Assembly (NCBI GenBank): GCA_041288095.1
Contig: JBGGMJ010000113.1
Location: 1-22,093, forward strand
Reading direction: 5' to 3'
DNA: 22,093 bases
From: Myxococcota bacterium
GTDB lineage: Bacteria; Myxococcota; XYA12-FULL-58-9; JALHOP01
Shown piece after piece: positions 9,044 through 17,092 of the stretch. The translations under genes and the position numbers were made by a program. The notes beneath the pieces were generated by a model, which ran no database searches, was not told the DNA's origin, and was given only the letters and a program-made list of their open reading frames with translations. Within the stretch, counting starts at the first letter, position 1, and each line of letters begins with the position of its first letter.

Positions 9044-9145
9044 TCGCGCGCGGCGACTGTCACTGAGCGCTACTTCGCCCCTCCTCTCATTAAATCAGGG
9101 AGAGGGGAGGAGAGAGAGAAGAGGAGGGCCGTAGCCGGCACCGGA

Positions 9146-9227
9146 GCCTGTCAGCCCGAGCCCCCGCAGGCGGAGCGCGCCAGCGGAGCTCCTTACGCCC
9201 GCCGAGGACAGGCGCGGGATGACAGGC
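9146..9227. repeat. Long imperfect inverted repeat (REP-like / structured element) downstream of rsmG
   Basis: GCCTGTCA-g-CCCG-a-GCC ... GGC-g-CGGG-a-TGACAGGC with inner GGCGG/CCGCC pairing. Confidence 0.7.
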
Positions 9228-9288
9228 GAGGAGCGCAAGGCGAAGGCACTCCGTTCGCTCTACCGACCGCGCTCAATCACCCCACCGC

Positions 9289-9870
9289 CTACAAGTCCCA
9301 AATATGAAGCGCGTGCGTCTTCCCATTGAGGTCATAACGAACCACGCTGCTCGCCGAAGAGCTCACCTCATCCGCCCGGTACGCAATCAGCCGCCCCCCC
9401 GGGGTCAGCCACCGGAGGCAGCTCTTGAGGTCGCCTTCGTCGGAGAAGGTCGCACGCGTGACCACGTTGGCGAACTGTTCGGGAGGGGTGTCCTCGGAGC
9501 GCCCGATGCGGGTGCGGACGTTGCCCAGGCCGAGGCGCGTGGCGGCAACGTCGAGGAAGGTGGTTCGCTTCTGGCGGGGCTCGACGAGGAGGTAGCGACG
9601 CTCGGGGGCGACGATGGCGAGGGGGATCCCGGGGTAGCCGGCGCCGGAGCCGAGGTCAACGACGGACCCGGGCTTGAGGTGGGGGAGGCCGGCGAGGGAG
9701 TCGGCATAGTGGACCCAGGCCGCCTCGCGATCATTTTTGATCGCGGTCAAATTGACACGCTCGTTCCAGGCCAGGACCAGGCGCCAGTGCTCCTCGCAGA
9801 GACGGTACTGGTCGTCCGAAAACGCAGACTGGGTGGCTTCGCGAAGGGTCGGCTCGAACGAAGGTTTCAC
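9289..9870 (-). CDS. rsmG: 16S rRNA (guanine527-N7)-methyltransferase RsmG/GidB
   Basis: WNERVNLTAI, HYADSL, VVDLGSGAGYPGIPLAI, LLVEPRQKRTTFL, VVTRA; adjacent to parA as is usual for gidB. Confidence 0.95.
   Translation of the reverse strand: MKPSFEPTLREATQSAFSDDQYRLCEEHWRLVLAWNERVNLTAIKNDREAAWVHYADSLAGLPHLKPGSVVDLGSGAGYPGIPLAIVAPERRYLLVEPRQKRTTFLDVAATRLGLGNVRTRIGRSEDTPPEQFANVVTRATFSDEGDLKSCLRWLTPGGRLIAYRADEVSSSASSVVRYDLNGKTHALHIWDL
9728..9743. promoter_or_regulatory. 16-bp GATC-N6-GATC motif, copy 3, inside rsmG (function unknown)
   Basis: CGATCATTTTTGATCG; extends to CGCGATC-N6-GATCGCG (9726-9745). Confidence 0.5.
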
Positions 9871-9878
9871 GTGAAACC
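9863..9878. promoter_or_regulatory. parS: parS centromere site 1 (covers the rsmG GTG start)
   Basis: Perfect palindrome GGTTTCACGTGAAACC; 14/16 match to the consensus TGTTTCACGTGAAACA. Confidence 0.9.
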
Positions 9879-9879
9879 A

Positions 9880-9908
9880 TCTTTAGCGCCCCGACCAGGT
9901 CGGGCCAA
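9880..9908 (-). promoter_or_regulatory. Putative sigma70-like promoter of rsmG between the two parS sites
   Basis: Minus strand TTGGCC-N17-TAAAGA, ending 9 nt before the GTG at 9870. Confidence 0.4.
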
Positions 9909-9910
9909 AA

Positions 9911-9926
9911 TGTTTCACGTGAAACA
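9911..9926. promoter_or_regulatory. parS: parS centromere site 2
   Basis: Exact consensus TGTTTCACGTGAAACA (the palindrome extends to 18 bp, 9910-9927). Confidence 0.97.
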
Positions 9927-11296
9927 TGCGTCACGTCGTTCGCCGGAACGACGGATCCCGGGCACCGATAACGCTGGGCTTGCTTCGCATCTCCACACCC
10001 GTAAGGCCTGCGTGGCCCCCCATCGGCGCCCCCCTCCAGGAGCCTACGAAGGCCCAGTGGAAAGTCCCGCTGGGCCCCCTGCAGGTCGGAGCCGCGCTGC
10101 CTCTCCTCGAAGTCCACTCGCTCACGCAGCGGGCCGCGACTGGGCTCCTGAGCAACATCGTCGAGCATCCCACCGGCCGCTACCTGAGCGCCGGCCAGCA
10201 CCAATTTCGCTCCCTGTGGAGTCGCGACTTCTGCTGGTCAGTTCCGGGGCTGCTCACCATCGATCGAGGGGATGTCGTGCGCGACCACTTGCGACTCCTC
10301 ATCAGCTCCGCCCATCCGGAAACCGGGCTGGTGCCCCGCGCTCTCGATAGCATCAACCCCAAGATGCGCGTCGTCCGCGCGACCCTCGCCTACGCCTTCG
10401 GCCTCAAGGGTGCCCAGGCCGCACCCACCAAGGACCTCGTCCCGGAGTACCACGAGCAGAACGGCCACCCCTGCATCGACGGCAACCTGCTGACGATCCT
10501 CGCGACCCTGGCCTACGTCGACGCCACTGGCGACCGCGCGTTCCTCGCCGAGCATGCACCCGCCTTGCAGCGCATCCTCCGTTTCTACGACACGCGGATT
10601 CACGACGGCCTCATCGTCCAGCCGGGCTTCTCGGACTGGCAAGACAGCGTCCGTCGCGACGGCAAGACTTTCTATACGAACCTGCTCTGGTCGGTGACCC
10701 TGACCGAGCTCGCCGAACGCGGACTCCTGGGCGTCCGTGAGCAGCAAGCCCTCGACGTCCGAACCGCCGTGCACGCCACCTTCTTCGACGAAGCCAGCGG
10801 TCTCTACCGCTCACTGGCTGAAGGGCCGCAGCTCTCCATCGACGGCAACCTCCTCGCCATCGACCTCGGCTTCCTGCGCGGCGCCCAAGCCCACTCGCTC
10901 TACGCGGCAATGAAGCGCCACCCCCTTTGGTCGGCCGCCAATGGGCTCCCCGGCGTGGTCACCATGCCCGACTATCCCTGGGAGAGCCGCAACTGGACCG
11001 TTCGCATCGTCGGTCTCGGCCACTACCATGACCGTCTCGCCTGGTCGTGGATCACGGCCATGAGCGCCAAGGTCGCCAGTCGCATGGGCGATCAACCCGA
11101 GGCCGAGCGCATCCTCGACGGACTCGATAAGCTCATCGCGCGCGACCACACCGTGGCGGAAATCTACGAACCGCAGCGTACGATGAAGCCCTGGCAACGT
11201 TGGCTGTACCACTCCGAGCGTCCCTTCTCGTGGGGCGCCGCCGCGACCCTCGACGCCGCCAGTGTCGTCGCCCGCAATCGCTCCGCCAGCGCCTAG
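9926..11296 (+). CDS. Six-hairpin (alpha/alpha)6 glycoside hydrolase-like protein (amylo-alpha-1,6-glucosidase / GH100-like); start may be TTG 9980
   Basis: SAGQHQFRSLWSRDF, IDGNLL, DWQDS, YTNLLW, HYHDRLAWSWI, EIYE, FSWGAA resemble motifs of this fold; strong C/G-ending codon bias. Confidence 0.72.
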   Translation: MRHVVRRNDGSRAPITLGLLRISTPVRPAWPPIGAPLQEPTKAQWKVPLGPLQVGAALPLLEVHSLTQRAATGLLSNIVEHPTGRYLSAGQHQFRSLWSRDFCWSVPGLLTIDRGDVVRDHLRLLISSAHPETGLVPRALDSINPKMRVVRATLAYAFGLKGAQAAPTKDLVPEYHEQNGHPCIDGNLLTILATLAYVDATGDRAFLAEHAPALQRILRFYDTRIHDGLIVQPGFSDWQDSVRRDGKTFYTNLLWSVTLTELAERGLLGVREQQALDVRTAVHATFFDEASGLYRSLAEGPQLSIDGNLLAIDLGFLRGAQAHSLYAAMKRHPLWSAANGLPGVVTMPDYPWESRNWTVRIVGLGHYHDRLAWSWITAMSAKVASRMGDQPEAERILDGLDKLIARDHTVAEIYEPQRTMKPWQRWLYHSERPFSWGAAATLDAASVVARNRSASA

Positions 11297-11327
11297 GCTC
11301 ATCCACGGGCAATCCGCGGCCGCATCT

Positions 11328-11356
11328 TTGCTGGCTCGACCCGCCTCAGCTATCGT
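11328..11356 (+). promoter_or_regulatory. Putative sigma70-like promoter for the membrane protein
   Basis: TTGCTG-N17-TATCGT, ending 8 nt before ATG 11365. Confidence 0.45.
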
Positions 11357-11364
11357 TCAAGCCG

Positions 11365-11874
11365 ATGCCTCTCGCACGCCCAGCGGAAGCAGGTCGCGAG
11401 GTCCACAGCCTACCGCCTCGGCGTCGGCTGAGCCGACTGCTCTTGGTTGGGCTGATCGCCGTCGTCGCAGCCGACTTCTTCCTCGCTCGCTACGGCTGGG
11501 TCTACCCCCTGGTGCTCACTGCCCTCTACGTCGCGACGTTCGTCTACAGGTTCCTGGCAAGCGCCCGCCAACCGCACCTCGTGTCCATCTGCGAGAACGG
11601 CCTGGTGGTCGACAACGACGGCGTCGTGGAGTGGATCGATTGGCGCGAGCTCGCCTCGGTCGTCTTCTTCGAGACCCTGAGTGGCTCGCAGTACGACGTC
11701 AACGCCAAGGGCGTGGGCTACCGTCTGAAGCAGGGCGCCCTTGGGGAAGCGCGGCTGGAAGACATCATCGGCTTCATCATCCACCGCACCCGCTTCGAGT
11801 GGATCACCGAAACGATGGCCGCACGCCCCGAGATCCTCGAGCGCTACCGACCAACGCGCGTCGATCCCGAGTGA
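11365..11874 (+). CDS. Hypothetical membrane protein (169 aa): 2 TM helices followed by a possible bacterial PH-like domain
   Basis: Hydrophobic LLLVGLIAVVAADFFLA and WVYPLVLTALYVATFVY, then VSICENGLVV...EWIDWRELASV, a pattern seen in PH-like/YcxB-type domains. Confidence 0.7.
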   Translation: MPLARPAEAGREVHSLPPRRRLSRLLLVGLIAVVAADFFLARYGWVYPLVLTALYVATFVYRFLASARQPHLVSICENGLVVDNDGVVEWIDWRELASVVFFETLSGSQYDVNAKGVGYRLKQGALGEARLEDIIGFIIHRTRFEWITETMAARPEILERYRPTRVDPE

Positions 11875-11891
11875 GCTGACGTCCTCGCGCG

Positions 11892-13751
11892 CTAAGGCTC
11901 TACAGCGACGGTCGCGCGGTGAGCATGCACGCGCAGCAACGCCAGCGCCGCGGGCGTCATCCCAGGGATGCGGCTCGCCTGTCCGAGCGACAACGGCTGC
12001 ACCGCAGCGAGCTTCTCTTGCACCTCGCGCGACAAGCCCGGCGCATCGAGATACTTCATCGACGCCGGCAAGTGGAACGACTCGAGCTCGCGCATGCGCT
12101 CGATCTGCTTGGCCTCGCGGGCGATGTAGCCAGCGTACTTGATGTCCTCGTCGATGAGCTGCACGGTGTCCGCTGGAGCAGACAGGCCGGCGCAGCGCAA
12201 GACGACTTCCGGATCGGCTTCCGGGCGACGCACGACGTCGGCGAGACGTTGGCCATGGATGCCGGTTAGAGAAGGGATGGCAGCGATCAAAGCCGCGGCG
12301 AGCTGGGCGTCGACCGGGCGATCGGCCAAGGCTGCCCGCAACGAGGTCCGCTCCGCGTCACGCGACGAGGCTGACGCGCGGCGCTCATTCGAGAGCAGGC
12401 CCCATGCGTCGGCGACCTTCCACAGCCGCTCTTCGGCGTTGGTCTCGCGCAGGGTCAGGCGGTGCTCTGACCGCGATGTGAACAAGCGATAGGGCTCGTC
12501 GACACCCTTGGTGACCAGGTCGTCGATGAGCACGCCGATGTACGCCTGGTCGCGCCCAAGCACCGCTGGCGATTCGCCACCCAACCAGCGCACCGCGTTC
12601 AAACCGGCCATGAGTCCCTGAGCCGCCGCTTCCTCGTAGCCGCTGGTGCCGTTGATCTGCCCGGCCAGGAACAGGCCCGGGGCGCACTTCACCATGAGCC
12701 GCGCGTCGAGCTGCGTCGGTTGCGCGTAGTCGTATTCGACCGCGTACCCGTACTGGAGCACGCGGGCGTTCTCGAGACCGGGGATGGTCCGGAGAAACGC
12801 GTCCTGGATGTCCTTCGGCAACGAGGTCGACAAGCCGTTCGGGTAGACCCGGTCCGAGCTCAGGCCCTCGGGCTCCAGGAAGATCTGGTGTCGCTCCTTG
12901 TCGCTAAAGCGGACCACCTTGTCCTCGAGCGACGGGCAATAGCGCGGCCCACGGCCGACGATGGTGCCGCAATACAAGGGCGAGCGATCGAGACCCGAGC
13001 GGATGATCGCGTGGGTTTCATCGTTGGTCGAGGTGATGTGGCAGGGGATCTGGCGCAGCGTCGACGGCACCTCGTCGAACGAAAAACGCGGACGCGGCTC
13101 GTCGCCATACTGCGGCTCGAGGCGCTCCCAGGCGATGGAATCCGCGGCCAAGCGCGGCGTCGTGCCCGTCTTGAAACGGCCGAGCGACACCCCGACCCGG
13201 GTCAATGCCGAGGACAGGCGCAGCGCCGCGGCATCGCCAACCCGGCCGCCGGTGAACTGCTCGCTGCCGACGTGGCAAAGCCCGTTCAGGAAGGTTCCTG
13301 TGGTGATGATCACCGCCCGGCACACCACCGCGCCGCCACGCGCCATGACGACGCCGGTCATCCGCCCCTCGGCAAAGGAGAGATCGACGACCTCGTCCTC
13401 GAGCACCGACAAGCCTGGCGCCGCCGCGATCACGTCCGTCATAGCGGAGCGATACAGCGCCGAATCCGATTGCGCCCGAGTCGAGCGCACCGCCGCTCCC
13501 CGCGAGGTGTTCAAGCGCCGGAACTGAATGCCGGTTGCGTCGGCGACCCGAGCCATGGCGCCACCCAAGGCGTCGATCTCCCGCACCACGTGACCCTTGG
13601 CGACGCCGCCAATCGCCGGGTTGCAGCTCATCTGGGCGATGCGATCGGCCCGCAGGGTCACGAGGCCGACGCGAGCGCCTAGGCGCGCCGCCGCGAGCGC
13701 CGCTTCGCAGCCCGCATGCCCGGCACCAACCACGATGACATCGAACCCCAT
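11892..13751 (-). CDS. mnmG: tRNA uridine-5-carboxymethylaminomethyl modification enzyme MnmG/GidA (619 aa)
   Basis: [77 protein letters not shown]; start at ATG 13751. Confidence 0.98.
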   Translation of the reverse strand: MGFDVIVVGAGHAGCEAALAAARLGARVGLVTLRADRIAQMSCNPAIGGVAKGHVVREIDALGGAMARVADATGIQFRRLNTSRGAAVRSTRAQSDSALYRSAMTDVIAAAPGLSVLEDEVVDLSFAEGRMTGVVMARGGAVVCRAVIITTGTFLNGLCHVGSEQFTGGRVGDAAALRLSSALTRVGVSLGRFKTGTTPRLAADSIAWERLEPQYGDEPRPRFSFDEVPSTLRQIPCHITSTNDETHAIIRSGLDRSPLYCGTIVGRGPRYCPSLEDKVVRFSDKERHQIFLEPEGLSSDRVYPNGLSTSLPKDIQDAFLRTIPGLENARVLQYGYAVEYDYAQPTQLDARLMVKCAPGLFLAGQINGTSGYEEAAAQGLMAGLNAVRWLGGESPAVLGRDQAYIGVLIDDLVTKGVDEPYRLFTSRSEHRLTLRETNAEERLWKVADAWGLLSNERRASASSRDAERTSLRAALADRPVDAQLAAALIAAIPSLTGIHGQRLADVVRRPEADPEVVLRCAGLSAPADTVQLIDEDIKYAGYIAREAKQIERMRELESFHLPASMKYLDAPGLSREVQEKLAAVQPLSLGQASRIPGMTPAALALLRVHAHRATVAVEP

Positions 13752-13759
13752 GCGACCCG

Positions 13760-15109
13760 CTACTTCCCGATGCAAAAATCCGCGAACACCCGATCGAGCA
13801 CCGCCGCGTCGACGTTGCGCCCGAGCAGCCGCCCAAGCGCGAAGGCGCCAGCCTCCAGCAGGCTGACGACGACATCGACCGTCGCCCCAGCGCGGCACTC
13901 GTTCAAGGCCTGCTCCAAGGCCTGCGCCGCATCCTTGAGCTCGGTGACCTGGCGCTCGCGGACGACGATGATGTGGCCGGCGCGATCGTCATTGTCGGCC
14001 CCACGCGAGAGGCGCGCTCGCAGCGCCTCGACACCTTCGCCGGTGCGCGTCGAGACCCAGCCCAGCCAGACGAAGCCGCGCTTGTCGGCATCGCTCTCGA
14101 GCATCGTTCGTCGTGAAACACTCGCCTGATCGGCCTTACCACCGATGACGCGCACATCGAGCCCGGCGGGCGGCCAGACCGGTGCGTCCGGCGCCACCAC
14201 CCAGACCGCGAGATCCGCGGTGCGAGCCCGCTCCAGTGCCAAGGCGATGCCCCGGGCCTCGAGGCCAACCGCCTCTTCGCGGAAGCCCGCTGTGTCCCAG
14301 ACCGACCAGCGCTGCAGCCCTTCGGTCATCTCGACTTCGATGGGGTCCCGCGTCGTCCCGGGAGCATCATCGACCAAGACGCGCTCGCTGCCGCTCCAGG
14401 CGTTGAGCAAGCTCGACTTGCCCACGTTTGGCGCCCCGCACAAAACGACCGTTCGTGCTTTTTTGGCCTCCGGCCGCGCCCCCTCGATGAGCACGTGCAG
14501 GTCCTTGACCAGCCCGGCGACGACCTCGAGATGCTCGGCGGCAAGCCCGGCCCCCGTATCGTACTCAGGGAAGTCGAAGCTCGCGCGCCCCTCGGCCACG
14601 ACCTCTTCGAGGGCCGTCAGCATGGCGACCGCCCGCTTCGACAACGCGCCCTCGAGCTGCGCTTGGGCATGCCCGAGCTGCTTTGCGTTGGCGGCGCTGA
14701 GCACGTCGGCCACGGCTTCGGCCTGCGTCAGATCCATGCGTCCGTGAAGGAAGGCGCGCAGCGTGAATTCACCCGGCTCGGCGGGCCGCGCCCCCAGCTC
14801 GCACGATCGGGCGACGACGCTCTCGACCAGGAAACGGGCGCCATGCAGGTGCAGCTCGACCACCGGCTCACCGGTGTAGGATCGCGGCGCGTGCATCTCG
14901 CAAACCAACGCGTCATCGAGCTTGCCCCCGTCGCCATCGACGATGGTCGCGCGATGCATGACGTGAGAGCGGCGCTTGCCTGGAGCCAAGATCTGCCCGA
15001 TCTCGAGCGCCAGCCGACCCGAAAGGCGCACGATGGCCACCGCCGCCTCACCAGGAGCGGTGGCGGGGGCGACGATGGTGTCGTTCAACGTGGCGATCGG
15101 GGCCTGCAT
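13760..15109 (-). CDS. mnmE: tRNA modification GTPase MnmE/TrmE (449 aa)
   Basis: [72 protein letters not shown]-terminal FCIGK. Confidence 0.97.
   Translation of the reverse strand: MQAPIATLNDTIVAPATAPGEAAVAIVRLSGRLALEIGQILAPGKRRSHVMHRATIVDGDGGKLDDALVCEMHAPRSYTGEPVVELHLHGARFLVESVVARSCELGARPAEPGEFTLRAFLHGRMDLTQAEAVADVLSAANAKQLGHAQAQLEGALSKRAVAMLTALEEVVAEGRASFDFPEYDTGAGLAAEHLEVVAGLVKDLHVLIEGARPEAKKARTVVLCGAPNVGKSSLLNAWSGSERVLVDDAPGTTRDPIEVEMTEGLQRWSVWDTAGFREEAVGLEARGIALALERARTADLAVWVVAPDAPVWPPAGLDVRVIGGKADQASVSRRTMLESDADKRGFVWLGWVSTRTGEGVEALRARLSRGADNDDRAGHIIVVRERQVTELKDAAQALEQALNECRAGATVDVVVSLLEAGAFALGRLLGRNVDAAVLDRVFADFCIGK
14105..14120. promoter_or_regulatory. Degenerate parS-like site inside mnmE
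   Basis: CGTTCGTCGTGAAACA: perfect right half, 12/16 to the consensus. Confidence 0.35.
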
Positions 15110-15234
15110 CGGCCGGGCGCCATAACACAGCGCAATATCACCCGTCTCGCGCCACGCGCCGCGACGCCCGCGAAGCGCCACGGGAGGCCGCAATTTGTGT
15201 TGGCTGCCGACTTCGATGCTAGGCTCGGGCCGAC

Positions 15235-16683
15235 ATGCCGGAGATCTCCGAGACCCGCATCCACCGCCCCCGCTTCAGCCTCAGCGCCAAGCTCAGCATC
15301 GGCCTGACGCTGATCATCGGCATCCTCTTTTCGGCCATCAACGTCTGGAACATCACGACCCATCGTGAGGCCCGACGCCGCGACGCCGCCAACAATGCGA
15401 GCACCATCATGTCGATCGCCGCATCGACGCTGGTCTCCGAGCTCGCGAACACCGCGCTCCAGAGCGAGCGCTTCAAGACCGTTGTCCGCAATATCGGAAC
15501 GACCAACAAGAACCTCAACAGCGAAGACAAGACGCTCGCCTACCTCTTGGTCACCGACAACGAGCGGCGCGTCATCACCGGCTTCGCCAAGCCATCGGTC
15601 ACCGTCTTCCCGGGTGGCGTCACCTATCAAGACGAGCCCGCTGTCCTCGAAAACATCGCCAAGCTCGAAGGCAACCTCGGCGGCTTCATGCGCGCCAAGT
15701 CCTTCAAGTTCACGGTGCCGCAGACGGGCGAACAAGGCCGACTCCTCGTCGGTCTGTCACTGGCGCAGGTCGAAGCCGAAGGCCGCCGTGACCTCATCAT
15801 CAACCTCGGTGTCCTTTTCGGCGCGCTCATCGCCCTGCTCATCTACTCGAGCATGACGCTAAGCCGCATGGTCATCGCGCCGATCACCACCATCATGACC
15901 TCCATGCGCAAGCTCCGTGACGGCGACCTCACGACCCGCGCCAACATCCGGCGCAGCGACGAGATCGGCATCCTCGCCGACACCTACAACTTCATGGTCC
16001 AGGGCCTCTCCGAACGCGAGAAGCTCAAGGATGCCTTCAATCGCTACGTCTCGAAGCAGGTCTACAAACAGCTCGAGGCAGGGGCCATCACCCTCACCGG
16101 CGAGCAGCGCGACGCCACCATTCTTTTCAGCGACATCCGCAGCTTCACGGCGCTCTCCGAACAGCTTACCCCGCCCGACGTCGTCGCCATGCTCAACGAG
16201 TACTTCAACGAGATGGTCGAGATCGTCTTCAAGCACGACGGCTTCTTGAACAAGTTCATCGGCGACGCCCTCATGGCGGTCTACAACGCGCCCATCGAGC
16301 AGACCGAGCCCGAGCTGCGCGCCGTCCGCACCGCCATCGAGATGCTCGACGCCCTGCAGAAGCTCAATCAGAAGCGCACCGCCCGCGGTCAGTTCCCGCT
16401 GCGCATCGGCATCGGCATCAACACCGGCGCGGTCGTCGCCGGTAACATCGGCCACGTGCAGCGCCTCGAGTACACGGTCATCGGTGACGCCGTGAACCTG
16501 GCCCAGCGCATCGAGAGCCAGACGAAGGTCACCGGCAGCTCACTGCTCATCTCCGAAACGACCTATGCCAAGATCGCCAAGTACGTTATAGCGGAGGCCC
16601 TGCCCGCCGTGAAGATGAAGGGCAAACAAGACGCGGTGGCGCTCTACGCGGTCCAGGGACTCCGGCGTGGAGCTCCGCTCTAA
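15235..16683 (+). CDS. Membrane-anchored class III adenylate cyclase (2 TM, extracytoplasmic sensor, HAMP)
   Basis: Two TM segments; HAMP (PITTI...GDLTTR...DEIGILADTYNFM); catalytic ILFSDIRSFT, NKFIGDA, RIGIGINTG, EYTVIGDAVNLAQRIE with Lys/Thr specificity residues of ATP-using class IIIb enzymes. Confidence 0.95.
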   Translation: MPEISETRIHRPRFSLSAKLSIGLTLIIGILFSAINVWNITTHREARRRDAANNASTIMSIAASTLVSELANTALQSERFKTVVRNIGTTNKNLNSEDKTLAYLLVTDNERRVITGFAKPSVTVFPGGVTYQDEPAVLENIAKLEGNLGGFMRAKSFKFTVPQTGEQGRLLVGLSLAQVEAEGRRDLIINLGVLFGALIALLIYSSMTLSRMVIAPITTIMTSMRKLRDGDLTTRANIRRSDEIGILADTYNFMVQGLSEREKLKDAFNRYVSKQVYKQLEAGAITLTGEQRDATILFSDIRSFTALSEQLTPPDVVAMLNEYFNEMVEIVFKHDGFLNKFIGDALMAVYNAPIEQTEPELRAVRTAIEMLDALQKLNQKRTARGQFPLRIGIGINTGAVVAGNIGHVQRLEYTVIGDAVNLAQRIESQTKVTGSSLLISETTYAKIAKYVIAEALPAVKMKGKQDAVALYAVQGLRRGAPL

Positions 16684-16979
16684 CGGCCGATGCAGGCCTT
16701 GGCGCCGGCGGTCACCAAGTGCGCGGCCGCGAGGAACGGGCACACGAAAAGCTCGGCGGCGTCGACCACGAGGCCACCGGTCGCCATGAGCACCGGCATG
16801 TAGAAGGCGGGGATGTTGTGACCAGCGTTGTAGCCCGAGAGCATCATGTCCGGCGTGAACGCCTTGACGACGTGCCCCTTGGCGAGCTCGAGGTGACGGC
16901 TCGACGACGACTGCGCCTCTTTGGGCAGGTTGAAGAGTGAGGCACCGGCGGTAGCACTAAGCAGTTTATCGAGGTTCAT
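16680..16979 (-). CDS. Small hydrophobic hypothetical protein A (99 aa), paralog of the adjacent protein B
   Basis: MNLDKLL...GHVVKAFTPDMML...GGLVVDAAELFVCPFLAAAHLVTAGAKA; good codon bias; GGGAG upstream (GTG 16985 is an alternative start); stop overlaps the cyclase stop. Confidence 0.7.
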   Translation of the reverse strand: MNLDKLLSATAGASLFNLPKEAQSSSSRHLELAKGHVVKAFTPDMMLSGYNAGHNIPAFYMPVLMATGGLVVDAAELFVCPFLAAAHLVTAGAKACIGR

Positions 16980-17031
16980 TCTCACGACAGGTCTCCCGGA
17001 CGCGGCTCGCCCTGATTGAAAGTCGCGCTCT

Positions 17032-17039
17032 GTATCGGC
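17032..17039 (-). promoter_or_regulatory. Sigma28/FliA-like -10 element upstream of protein A
   Basis: GCCGATAC, 52 nt before ATG 16979; no canonical TAAA -35. Confidence 0.4.
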
Positions 17040-17092
17040 GCCCTCGAAGCGCCCGGTCCGTGCCCCCATCTCACTCCGCCCTGCGCTCCGGA

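Noticed and set aside
8701..9288. Replication origin (oriC) in the rsmG-parA spacer
   Set aside because: No convincing TTATCCACA-type DnaA boxes and no extended AT-rich unwinding element; cannot be supported.
9731..9880. MVSRET-starting 49-codon ORF suggesting a frameshifted rsmG start
   Set aside because: VSRET is simply the translation of parS; the rsmG frame is intact from GTG 9870, so no frameshift is needed.
9926..11874. Active mobile element or prophage between mnmG and rsmG
   Set aside because: No recombinase, terminal repeats, target duplication or obvious compositional shift.
6989..13682. Long antisense ORFs (e.g. 6989-7978, 9304-10350, 12720-13682)
   Set aside because: Expected stop-poor antisense frames of high-GC genes, with no recognisable motifs.
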